Assembly: GCA_964106645.2 (NCBI GenBank) | Contig: OZ067044.1 | Strand: one strand, 5' to 3' | From: Podarcis pityusensis | Lineage: Eukaryota | DNA: 64,000 nt | In this document: piece after piece, positions 10,740 through 22,789 of the stretch | Layout of the letters: each line of letters begins with the position of its first letter | Position numbering within the stretch: position 1 is the stretch's first letter | Translations under genes and position numbers: made by a program | The notes under the pieces: generated by a model | What the model was told of the DNA's origin: nothing | The model's database searches: none | Seen by the model: only the letters and a program-made list of their open reading frames with translations

Positions 10740-12867
10740 TACTTTACATAGTAGATTCCAATTAGTTGTGTACAACTTTATTGCATACTGGAAAAGTTTT
10801 CAATGAAGGTATGGCTTGTTTTTTACCTGCAAATTCTACCACACTTAATATATTCCTCTAGATGTTTCATTTTTATTGGTTCAAATATAGTAAATATGAT
10901 TCTAAAATCAGATAGATATAGTCAAGTTTTCTATCAACACAGGGTTCACAAGACCAGTCCATTCACTCTTATATTTGATGTCTGGGTTTTTATTTTTATG
11001 TTGTGCTAAAAATAAAAATTGCTAAGCTACATTTGTACAATCACTGGTAGTAAACTTTAGACCATCACAGGCTTTCTATTCTTGGCACCATATTTTGGCA
11101 CATAACACAAGATACCTCTCAGGCTCAGAGAGAGGCATCTTGTGTAATGTGCCAAATGAAGGCAACAGGATGGAATAGTTTTACAGGTACGTTTGCTTGA
11201 ATATCCTGGGTGGCACATTGACATAAATAATCTAGAGCCTGATATTTTAGAGAAATGAAATACAGCATTCAAGTAAGGGGGGAATTAAGAAGCATTGGTG
11301 ATTCAAAGGCATGATTTATGATGTAATTGTCACGCAGTGTCTCAGAATATGAGTTATGAGATTTTAGTAAAGCTGCACCTACAGACCTTCTTCTTACAAT
11401 CTGATCCTATCTTCTTGCAAACCTGTGTGAAGACACAATGGCACATTAAATGCCCTTGTGTCAATGTAATGCAGTTTGTGCCATGTTACAGCCGTGCAAT
11501 TCAAGTATCTTGCACCGGCTCAGTAATTGATTCATGTAGCCTATTACTGACTGTGATTGTCTCTCTCCAGTCTCTGAAGTAAGCCCAGCCTAGCCATCTG
11601 GCATCCTCAGACTACAGACGTCAAAAACCGAACATTGGACTTCAGTAGTGTAAAAATGTGCTCTAGTCCTGAACTTGTAATGATCTCAACAAAAACTGCC
11701 CAACATGCACCCATGTTAGTCAATGAGACCAAACTGGTAGAAAACAGAGAAAGTGGTATTGTGGGCCAACAAATCCCTACATTTTCCATATACTTCTGGA
11801 AAGCAAAAAGAAGAGCAGGGGGAAGAGAGTTAAAATGGGAGCTGTCATCATTTGAGCCTGCAGTGGTCCCAAACAGAAGTCAGAATATAAGGAAAGACCA
11901 ATGTATTTTCAACATGATTCTGAAGTATGAAATATTAAGATTTTATTTATTTATTTTTAAATATGAGCTGAAATGTGACAAGCATACATCACCTGCCCTT
12001 AGCTCTTGCAACAAGACATATGGGAAACAGGCAAAACTACCTAAGTAAATTTGGGAAATTCATTTTTTAAAAAAATGTTTTATTAAGATTTGTCCTTTTA
12101 AATGCAGAAACAACTTTTTTGTTTTGTTTTAAGTACAATAGTTACCTAAAACAAAATTAAATTAAATTATTCCACCACCAGGCAGTTAAATTTATTCTAC
12201 AGGGGGGAAACAACAAAACAACCACTGATTTTATTTTTAAGATAGTAAGTTGTAACTTTTTCTTCCTTGATAGCATATCCATCTTGTAAAAACTGCTTTG
12301 GAAATCTAGCAAAGTTACAAAAGTTACAAGCTAAAGGGACAGACAAGTAACTTTCTACTTGCAACAATTTTCAACTGAATAATCAAATAATTCCTGCAGC
12401 CTTCACTTATGGCTCAAAGCAGCAGAGTCTGGGTTTGAAAAAGCATAAGGCAAGTCTCATCATTTGCCAGACCTCCTGGAGCTCTCAGCAGCCAAGTAAT
12501 TCCTCCCACTACTGGCCAAGCTTCATTAAGTTAATCAGGTGTTCATTCATTCAGTCATTCATTGAAGAAGAAAAGATGTATTTTTAAAAATACTTGTACG
12601 AGCTAGCAGCCACTAAAATGCACCAGCAAGGAGTGTGCCACACCAAGTCAACGCTGAAAGATTAATTTGCAGAGGCCTTTGAGGCTGTCAAATAGGAATT
12701 CATTTCATATTTCCCCCCAGGGTTTTTATTCTGCACACATACTTCTTGCTACGTATAGCCTGCCAAAAGGTGGCAATACAACAGGAAAATTGGGGTGCTG
12801 GTGGGTGAGAAATGAACGTTCTGAATGTCATGAGCAAGTTAAAACACACTGCCATTGTCCATCCTGT

Positions 12868-13574
12868 TGTTGCACACCCCCCCCCCCCAATCTCTTCAGT
12901 GCTGAGAAGCTCCAGGGGTTCCAATGCTCACCCAGGGGTCAGTTTCCTTGGAAGGCCAATGGTGACTGTGGTGTCTTTAAGCTATATGGTTTTATTAACA
13001 CCTACATACAATCTGAAGGCAGGAGGGAGGGTCTTGCAGTGTTAACACACCAAAAGAATTTAATTATCCACTAGTCACAGCTTTGGATCCAGCACAGAGC
13101 TAGACATGTCTCTGAACCCACCTCTCACTGAGTCATCTCCCTGGCTTCCAGCTCTCTCTCAGACAGCAACTCTCCCCCCCCAGCCCCCCCCGCCTTGCCC
13201 TTTTGGTTGTTTCTCACTTAGATGTAACTACAGTGGTACCTCGGGTTACATACGCTTCAGGTTACAGACTCCGCTAACCCAGAAATAGTACCTGGGGTTA
13301 AGAACTTTGCTTCAGGATGAGAACAGAAACCGCGCGGCGGCGGCGTGGCAGCAGCGGGAGGCCCCATTAGCTAAAGTGGTGCTTCAGGTTAAGAACAGTT
13401 TCAGGTTAAGAACAGACCTCTGGAACGAATGAAGTACGTAACCAGAGGTACCACTGTACTGCAACTCAACTCATTCATTTCAAGTTCTCAGATGAGCACT
13501 AAAGTGGCCAGCTGGTCATCATCTTCAAAGAATCTTGCCTGGCCAGTTCCCCAACCTCCCCCAAACTCAAAACG
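12868..13574 (-). mobile_element. Solo LTR (same family as 53763-54198, opposite orientation), interrupted by a MITE
   Basis: Starts tgttgcac. The segment gactgtggtgtctttaagctatatggttttattaacacctacatac...cttgcagtgttaacac is the reverse complement of the 3' half of the 53763-54198 element. Right end approximate. Confidence 0.7.
13231..13456. mobile_element. Tc1/mariner (pogo/Tigger-like) MITE, copy 2
   Basis: TA|CAGTGGTACCTCGGGTTA...TAACCAGAGGTACCACTG|TA. Highly similar to 1357-1574. Confidence 0.92.
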
Positions 13575-14509
13575 TTACTATTAGTGGTAGAAAATCAAAA
13601 AACAAAACGAAGTGTGTCTTTTTATTTTTTAACACATTCTTTATTGCAGTAACCTTCAACCTTTTCAGACAGGGGACCCACCAAACATGTACTTGGGGCC
13701 CCATTTCTTCATTTTTTAAACCATAGATGGGACAGTGCTGCTGTTGGAACCCACCTTAGATCACTGGCATGGTAGTGCGTCTCAGCTCACCAGCTGAAGA
13801 CCCATGTTTCATTGAGACATACAAAATCAAGGCTTAAACCTTGAGCAATTTAAAACAGTCAGCTCTGATCTCCCAGGGTGGAGGGTTTCCATTGGCTTCA
13901 GTGATTTAAAGAGACAACCAAGCATGTGCACACACACAAACACACACAGTCCAAGTACATGTGGTTCATGGATTGGTGGTGAGCTGTGAGACCACAATTA
14001 AAAACAGAGACAAATGTTGACGGTCACTTCTAGAGCAAACAGAGAAGCATGCTGAATTAATGCACAGGTGCTTCTGCATGCCGATGCAGCGATACTCAAT
14101 ATGCAGGGGGAAAGGGATGGGGAAGCATTATTAAGCAGCAAGTAAGTATTGCTAGGTTTCCTCACAATCCATGTCACCGAGGCATTTGTCAGTCAAGAGA
14201 CATTACTGCTTCACAGTGGTAAAAGGCTAGAGAAAGCCCAATCTCAGTAAGTGCTCATATATTCTTGAGTTGTCTTCGTACACCCATTAAAGCTTAAAGC
14301 TATTAATTGCCTTACTAAAAATGTACCATTAAACATCTCACTTTACAACGGGGATAATCCTTTGCTTGGATCAATGCAACAGAATGTCTCCCCCCACCCC
14401 CGTTCTTCTCCTCTCAGAAGTTCACTTTTAAAAAATGAGGTTAATAAACATTTGAAGTCACTGTAGTAAAATCGTATGCAATTGAAATCCCCTGTTGTAT
14501 CTTATAAAG

Positions 14510-14511
<2 letters not shown>

Positions 14512-14540
<29 letters not shown>
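14512..14540. repeat. (TG)n microsatellite, ~14 units
   Basis: Direct reading. Confidence 0.95.
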
Positions 14541-15455
14541 TGCATGCACTTTACGCGCATGCATTATGGGTGTCAACTGACTAAATTCTCTAACCGAAAA
14601 CATGGTCACCTCAGTAGATTTTAAATATCTAAATGACTCCCAAAGGGTACAACTTTGAAATTTGTACTAGATAGATATTTCCAAAAATGAGGGTGCGATA
14701 TCTCTCTCCTGAAAGGCTGGCAACTGCACTGCATGAACACATTGATGGCTTTCAAGAGGGACTATGCATATTTTTAGGAGATCACATCATCTCCTGCCAG
14801 AGTTAATTTGATAAAATACTGAGCTCTTTCAACATGCCATGGAAGATGGAAGACTGATGTATTAGCAAAGAGCTAGTCCCAAGCTATAATGAGCGCTTTA
14901 CATTAGTATAAAAGCAAGATGATCTAACTGTTTCCTGGGAAACAGGCCTTCTTGATATATAGTGGTAAACCTTCTGGGAATAGAACTGCAGGTTTTCTTC
15001 TAGCAAAAGCTTCCAACATTACTTATTCAGCACCACTTCATGCAATACCATTATTCCAGTTGCAATTGTATAGGTAATAAAAGGAGGGAAAAATCACCGA
15101 GTGTGCTCATGACTTCTTGCTGCTTGTCAAAAAAGAAAAAAGAAAAAAGAAAGAGAAAAGCATACATACTAATTGCATTTATCTTTGTGGCTGCACAGTC
15201 TTGCCAAATCTATAAAAATCCAAACCTAAATGCTTTGACAGCGGGGTGGGGGGTAGTACCCAGGAATCGATGGACAGGAACAGACTTTGAAAACTATCTG
15301 ATTTATTAGCTTTCCTCATGCTTTAAAATTTGAAAGAAAAATGTAAACTTGGGATGAGTCCTGATAGCTGCGGGACACAAGCACCCAAAGAAGGATGTGC
15401 AATGGTTACAGTTAACACACAGGTGGATATTCAAAGCATACCCAAGAGAATCCTA

Positions 15456-16157
15456 CAGTGGTAGCTCGGGTTACGAACAGGTAACAAACTTTTTGGATTA
15501 CGAACACTTCAAACCCGGAAATTAGTGTTCTAGGTTGCGTATTTTTTTGGTTTACGAACCTACTCCATTCAGGGGTGCACTTCCGTTTTGAGTACAACAC
15601 TTCCGTTGTCCAGCAGCGGAGAAGGGGGTTGTCACAGCGTTTCCTGGAGCCACGATGGAGCGAAGCTATGCGCCTGCCCGCCATCTGGTTGGAGGGCGCG
15701 CAATTCCTCCCCCCCCATGCCACTGTGGGAGGCACAAGCGCTCTAGGGAACATTTCCCGCAGCAGCGTGGGGAGGGATCTGTGTGGATCCCAGTTCAGCT
15801 ACTGATTGATTGATTGTGTGACTGAGGAGATGGATAAAAGCCCCCCACATCCAAACAATGACAATCATCAGTGCAGGTAAGAATTTTTTTTAATTTTTAT
15901 TTTGATCATCTACAATACTGTTTTATTTATTTTATAGTACAGTACATTAATTATTGCTTTCATTTTATGGATCAATGGTATTGTTAGATAGTAAAATTCA
16001 AGTTAAATTGCTGATTTAGGGGTTGTTTTTAAAAGTCTGGAACGGATTAATCCATTTTGCATTACTTTCTATAGGAAAGTGCGCCTTGGTTTAAGAATGC
16101 TTTGGTTTTAGAACGGACTTCCAGAACAGATTAAGTTCGTAAACCAAGGTACCACTG
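15456..16157. mobile_element. 702-bp non-autonomous Tc1/mariner (pogo/Tigger-like) element sharing TIRs with the 220-bp MITEs
   Basis: TA|CAGTGGTAGCTCGGGTTA...TAAACCAAGGTACCACTG|TA. Subterminal agaacggacttccagaacagattaagttc resembles the MITE right end. No transposase ORF. Confidence 0.85.
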
Positions 16158-17586
16158 TACTTTCCTTCATACTTTCTGAACATCTTTCATACACGTGCTA
16201 TGCTCCAAAGCTCATCTCTTCCCATAGATCTAAGCAACCCTTCAGTATCTTTGCACATGGAAGCTGCTCTTAGTCTACCGGATCTCTAGAAGAAAGGAGT
16301 TAGTTCCTTCTCACATGTGGTTGCATCCGGAAACGATTTTGCTTACCAACTTGCCATGCCCTGTGCTCCACGGCAAAAGAGGCCTATGGCTCCACACCAA
16401 CCTGATGGCTAAAAACAAGGTTTGGGGGGGATGGGCAAAGGTAACCCTTGCTCTGATAACTGCTGCTGTTCCCCTCCGGCTTGGCTGCAAAGAAAAGGGT
16501 GTTTTGTATAGAAACTTTCCAGGCTTGTATCTGCTCAGATATGACCAACGTGCTGCACTAAAAGCCTAAGAGACACAGAGAGAGCTCTTTGCAAAGTCTA
16601 GAGAACTAAATTCATCAGCTGCCAAGAGCCAAATCTTACCCAGTTCAGTTAACACGGCACATGATGATCGCACATAATTCAGAGTCAGGGTTCAATTGAC
16701 TCCAACAAGTAACTCGAGGAAAGGAAAGTATATGTTAATGTGCCATTGCTAGCGTATAGTTTATCATAATCTCAGTGATGTCTCCTCATGACCACTCAGT
16801 ATAAAAGCTTTCACATTTTCTAGACCAAGCTGAAATAATATTTCAACTTAATTCAAAGGGAAGACTTCTCCCTTTCCACTGCTTACTGATGCTTGTGAAG
16901 ATGAGTCCACTAAGCATCTCTTTACTCATTGTAAATTATTCCAAATTACAATCTAGAAAATAAAAGAGAAAGAAAAACTTTTTTCAAAACTAGGGACTTA
17001 TTTCAGCATAAAAATGCACAGGAGTGCACTGTAATCACTTAAAACGCCACAAAAGGGGGGGGGAACACAAATAAATAAAAATACATGGAGGCTGCTGTTT
17101 TGAAGCACAAACTATCTACACACACTCTCACTCCTGATTTGTACTACCTAAACCAAACGTAAAAAAGTGTGTTGTTTCATCTGGGACACACACTGTATAA
17201 CACCAACACACACAAAGGCATTACAAACAATTACCAGCAGTTTTGCTATCCTTAAATGACCCTGGCAGGTGGGTTACTCTTGTGGGGAACACACACTTCT
17301 CTTTCTCTATTAATAAAGCTTAAGTGTGAACAGCATGTGTGTATTATGTGTGTGAGAGCGTTCACTTGCAAGGAGAATAAATTATAGAGTTACTAGATTT
17401 TTAGCAATCACCCCTTGCAGCTGTGATAAAATACAGGAAAAACAAGGAACTTTGTCAAAGAACAAAAATGTTACATACAAAGGGTGTTAAAAACCCTGGC
17501 TCAGGATAGCAATGGCCCTTAATGAGATATGAACAATGTACAAAAAAGGCCCGAGAATGTAGATGTTCTCAGACAACTATGTAGAA

Positions 17587-17722
17587 CAGGCACAGGCAAA
17601 CTCGGCCCTCCAGATGTTTTGGGACTACAACTCCCATCATCCCTGACCACTGGTCCTGTTAGCTAGGGATGATGGGAGTTGTAGTCCCAAAACATCTGGA
17701 GGGCCGAGTTTGGCTATGCCTG
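17587..17722. mobile_element. Palindromic hAT-type MITE (variant TIR)
   Basis: caggcacaggcaaactcggccctccagatgttttgggactac...gtagtcccaaaacatctggagggccgagtttggctatgcctg. TSD atgtagaa/atatagaa. Confidence 0.9.
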
Positions 17723-19757
17723 ATATAGAACAAGGATGGAGAATCTTCTACCATGGGTTGTTGAACTACAGAAAAATCAAGCAGGTTCCACAGATCTCTC
17801 CCATCTAAGTAAGGTTTTGAATTCTTGGATAAAGTTAGCTATCAGGCACCCCTCCTTGAGGAAAGGGGTCTTCTGGTGCTGACTGGCCTTGCGCATGAGG
17901 GGCTATGTATCAGGCATCTCCAAAGAGAGCGCTTGGAAGATGTAAATTGAGCTGGCTATCAGCTGTCCAGTGCTGGGCAGCCTCTTGTAGGAGGTGGGAC
18001 CCTGCAGACCAGGCAGCTGCCAGGTGGCTCAATCTGCGCTTTCAAAGCTCTTCTCAGGTGGGCTGGATGAAATTCAGCAGCTGGATGGGCCAGACTGAGT
18101 CTGTGATGTTTTTGCATCTGTTTAGTAAAGAAGGGCGGGATATAAACTTAAGAAATATCTGCAGTCACTAGTGTGGTTTATTGGTTGCATTACTGTGCGC
18201 CTTCACATTTCTCTGTGGAAATTAAACATCAGAAGCTGTTTGTTGTTCAGACCAAATTGTGAGAGGGGAAGGTAATCTGCTAGCAATCCCCCCCCCTTAT
18301 TGTTCTTGAGAATGCTATAAAAGTATTGTTTTCAATCTGAAATTTCTATACTGTGATATGTGCAGCTAAACAAAGAAGCCCTCGGGGAGACGATGCACCC
18401 TTCTTTTGCACAGCCACAATCCATTCAGAGAAAAACTGATTCGTCTTTGTGGGTGGTTAATATATCCAGGGCCCTTTTTCCCCAACCGGAACTCAGTTCT
18501 TGCATCTCTCAGATGGGCACCACTGCCATTATCAGAGAACAAGGGTGAGTTCACGATGGGTTCCAGAATCTCTTTTTCTAGAAGAATAGCACTGAATATA
18601 TCTAATAAAGTTTTACATAGATCACAACTTTTTAAAGCTCTCATTTAACATTCAGTGCTGGCTTCTATACAAGCTGCTATATTTAAATCATTAATCTAAA
18701 ATGTTTCTATTGGGACTTATTTTCCACCACAATGTGATTTTTAAAGATCACTTCTCTTTTGCAAGTATGTGGATGGTGGTCTTGGGAGTTGGCCAGCACC
18801 ATGTGTTCAGCTGTACAGGTATTTGGGGGGCGGAAAGGAGAAGAGAAGTGATGCAAGTTAGACCAGTTAACTGTAGACCAATCTCCAACTTGATCTCACC
18901 CCAAGAAACTGTGAAGAGCAGGAATTAACTATAAAGTGAAAAGCAATGGTAGCGGGGAAGTCAAAGTGTTTCTTAAGAACTGGTAGGCATGCTGTACTGT
19001 ACCATCTCTGTCATTTATGATCCACATACTACAGCAAGATTTTACATTATTATTATTATTAGGTTCTAAAGGACACGCCTTGCCATCACTTAAATTAATC
19101 ACTTTATGAACATTTTGAAAGAGCTTTTGGAATAAGCCGGAGAAATAGGAGATTATGAAGATGCAAAGATGTCAGAATACAAAACAAAGGCTGCAGACCA
19201 AGCCCCTGGCTGCAAGTGACAGTGCCTAATGGACAAGCTCTGCCCTCGCTGTATCTACAGACCTGCCCCTGCTAGCCAGGTTGTGAGGTGTGGGAGAGGT
19301 ATGAAAAATATGTTCCTTCACTGCATCAGCTCCCAGGTCAGTGCAGTAAAGAGGCCCAGATTGGGCCCACTGCCATCATGCAACAGCAGTGGGGCTGGCT
19401 AAAGAGGCTGAGGACCCTGTCCTAGTCCACCCCTTCCCCAAATGCCCCATTTCAGAGGCTTCTGCTAGCTACCATGAATGGGGATACCTCGGACAGTAGC
19501 GTCTACCTTCCTGCACGTTGGGAAGCTTCTTGGTATTGGGAGTTGGCAGGAATGGACACAGGAATTCCCCCCTTCCAACGCCATCTAACATGGTAGGTCA
19601 CACTTTGGACTAATCTTTAAGTGTTGTCTGAGGTTTAACTTGGAACAAGCCAATTTAGGAAATGTTTAGTCCTGGGGCTGATACAACCTTTGACCCCAAT
19701 GTCCGTGTACATTAACAACCTAAGTGGGTTCTTATTCGCTCCCCTCTTCATTATCAT

Positions 19758-19998
19758 TGTTATGTATTGAGGTTCTCACCCTGGCCACCAGGGGGTATTG
19801 TGTATATAGTTTTCACTCAGGTCCACGTAAATTAATTTAGGCGGGAAACCTTGGGCTGCTGTTACAATGGTGACAGCCGGCTGCCTATAAAAACAGGCCG
19901 GCTGAGCTGTTTGCGGTTCAGTTCAGTTCCAGCTTACTTATTAAGAACTACTTGGAGAAATCTCTGTGTCGTCTGCTATGTCCACCCACTACCTAATA
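19758..19998 (+). mobile_element. Solo LTR (Gypsy-like), 241 bp
   Basis: TGTTA...TAATA ends (decayed TAACA), 5-bp TSD atcat/atcat, TATA box tataaaaa at 19886-19893. Confidence 0.75.
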
Positions 19999-21003
19999 AT
20001 CATCATTCACATGGCAAGTCATCCTCTTTTCCCTCCTCCAGGCTTCTGAAAGAGTCAAGCGTGGAATGTGAGGTCTATAGAGTCTGTGGATTGCAAATTC
20101 TTCTGCTTCCAAGGTCTTAAATTGGCATTAAAGGACGATATGCCAAGTCCTGTACCAATGAGGTGAACTGGGGAAACTGATGAGGACAACTTTCATAGTG
20201 GGTACGGGTATAAAGCTGTGAAACAAAGCCTAGTTTAAAAGGCGGCAATAGGCTTTTGCATGCCCCACATCTGTCACATAAGGCCTCATGTCAGAAACTG
20301 GAGTGATGATATAGGTCCACTCTGTGCCAGTTTTACTCCAATTTCTAGGAGGAAAGTTGCTAGTGTGGGAAAGACCTCCAGAACAGACTCCTCCATTATG
20401 GCCTGGGGCTTTTGATATAACCTTTGGGGTGCAGGAAAGAACTAAGCTAAGCTGCAAACAAAAATGATATGAGAAGGGCCCTGTGAGGTCCTGATTTCAC
20501 TGTGCTCTCTTATTTGTTTATTTACTTCTGCTTTTACTATTTTTATTTACAAGAGGTGGCAAACAAAACAAACACACAGCCGATACTAAGGAGAACTAAG
20601 GCACGTAGAGAAGGGAAAAGTGGTAGCCAACTTCTTCGCAACATCATCTTTTAAATACCTCTGTTATATCACATGACGAAAACAAAATACAGATAACAAA
20701 TAAGAGAGAGCAATACTAACACAGTGTTGGTTGTTATCAAACTTCAAGCTCCCCCAAGCTATCAATTAGTAGCTATCAGCTTCTTAGCACCACAGCTCCT
20801 CTCAGGTTCAGAAATAGCACCCTTCGTTTCCCAATGTACTTTATTAACAAAGTCAACCTATAGCAAACAATTTATAATTCTCTGCAAATCCCTTGATAAC
20901 ACATTTCACATTCTCATTCACAGCTTTTAAATGATCAGTTACGTAAGAACTTTGATGCTGTTGAAGATGTTAAGTGCACCTGTAGCACATAATAATAATA
21001 ATC

Positions 21004-21052
21004 ATCATATCATATCATATCATATCATATCATATCATACCATATCATATCA
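21004..21052. repeat. (ATCAT)n pentanucleotide microsatellite
   Basis: About 10 units with one variant unit. Confidence 0.95.
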
Positions 21053-21254
21053 CAGCTAACAGGCCAGGAATCAGAGAGAAAGATTTGTGAAATCTTATGA
21101 TGAAGGCTGGTATATAAGTCTAATAAATAAATACAAAATAAATGAATCAAAACTCAATGAAAACATCTTCCTGGTGCAAATCAGAAACACGGTGGCCATA
21201 TTTGGATGACCACCCAAGGCTTCATCAGCCATGGACAAATACTCCTCCCTCACC

Positions 21255-21495
21255 ACTCTCCCCTTCCCATCGCACAGATCCTGGCTCACATTTAACCAGA
21301 GTTCCCAATTATGTCCAAATAGGGTTTCTCTAACTTAGTGTTGGTTAACAAACCTGGAAAATGAGTCAGGATAGTTTTTTGGGTTTGTTCACTAACATTA
21401 AGCCAGACTTCCCTGGGTCAGATGTAACAGGAAACTCTCGACTTAATGTGAGCCAAGATCTCCATGCATGTGCAGAATGTGAGGGGAGGAGCACA
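21255..21495. mobile_element. Degenerate palindromic MITE-like element
   Basis: Inverted arms agatcctggctcacatttaaccagagttccc / ggaaactctcgacttaatgtgagccaagatct. Ends approximate. Confidence 0.55.
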
Positions 21496-21960
21496 TGGCT
21501 ATGCTACTCATCCGTAGCAGTTTTAAAAGCTGCGGAGAACTGACTGAACACAGCCACCAGACACTAGGCCTCAGAATGTTTTCTTGCTGTATTATAAAAC
21601 CTGTCTTTGAATAATATATTCCTCCCCCTACCCAAAACAAGCAGTCAAAAGAAAATCTTGCTCTTAATAACCAAGACAGATTATTTTTGAGTTTGTTTGC
21701 TGTGAAACATTTCCCTTCAAACCCACTGGGCTGGCGAGCTACACAGAATCCATAATTTCTAGGATATTTTTTTCCTAGGAGGATTAGTTAAACCATGGTT
21801 TTAAGAGGCAAATGAAGTTTTTGAAGCATTTGCCCTGGACACAGGATCCAAAACTTGGAGAAGCAGCCCATCCTTCATGTCCCTTTCGAAGTGGGAGAAA
21901 ATATAATGTTTAGGGTGAGAATTTGGGCTGGGGCAGCTGTTGGTGGGCTGGAGTTCTTAT

Positions 21961-22270
21961 CAGGGCTGTCTTAAGCATATGCGGCGCCGGGATGCGAATT
22001 TCCGCCTGGCACCCGCCCCCCTGGTTGCCCAGTCCCAGGCGTGCAGGAGGGCAGAGCCAGCCGGCCGCCTCAGTGTCTCGCTGGCTCGGCTGCCCCGGAA
22101 CTTGCGGTGCAGAGCTGCCCACAGCAGAAGAGCCTGCCGCGGCGCTCTGACCGACAGACGGGCTCTTCCCTGGACTCAACTCTCAGGCCTCGAACTCTCG
22201 GCCTGGCACCCCTGAGAGCCCAGCACCCAGGTGCCCCGCACCCCTAGCGCCTATGGGTAAGACGGCCCTG
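21961..22270. mobile_element. GC-rich non-autonomous hAT element, 310 bp
   Basis: TIRs CAGGGCTGTCTTA / TAAGACGGCCCTG and a perfect 8-bp TSD gttcttat at 21953-21960 and 22271-22278. Confidence 0.9.
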
Positions 22271-22699
22271 GTTCTTATGATACTAGATTTACCTGTGTTT
22301 TATTTTATAAATGTGATCTCGTGATGCTTTGTGCTTTTATTTATATACTATTATAAGTTTTCGGAAAAGTAGGCCATCTGTGGGATATAAAGCTGTCAGT
22401 CAAGTCCAACATCCCAAGAGAGGACTAACTGCCTCTATGTGGCAGGCAGTTTTGTCGGTTGGTTGGTTGGTTACTGCAAGGAGTGTTAACTGGTAACTGC
22501 TCGGATGCAGTCTTCTCATGACTCACTACTATCTAGTATATAGTTTATCTGTTATGTAACCTAAGCCTGCCTTCAGGAACAACTCTGTAAACCTGAATGA
22601 ATCCGATAGTAAAGTAGTTTATGTTAATATGATTCAGATTCATGTGTGTTGTCTTTAAGAGGGACAGAAAGGGATTATCAACCAGGTATCAACCAGCAC

Positions 22700-22789
22700 T
22701 GGCTCCCGGCCTCTAGAGTTAGGTAAGCGCACAACCCTAGAGTCTGTCAAGACTGGCCCGTACGGGCAGGGGTACCTTTACCTTTACCT
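22700..22789 (+). mobile_element. Sauria SINE 3' fragment
   Basis: gcgcacaaccctagagtctgtcaagactggcc...ggggtacctttacctttacct with the (ACCTTT)n tail. Confidence 0.75.

Noticed and set aside
10283-10751. 125-aa and 107-aa ORFs as host genes
   Set aside because: They are the BovB C-terminus and its antisense shadow.
21910-22247. Cluster of overlapping GC-rich ORFs or a host CpG-island promoter
   Set aside because: Bounded by hAT TIRs and a perfect 8-bp TSD.
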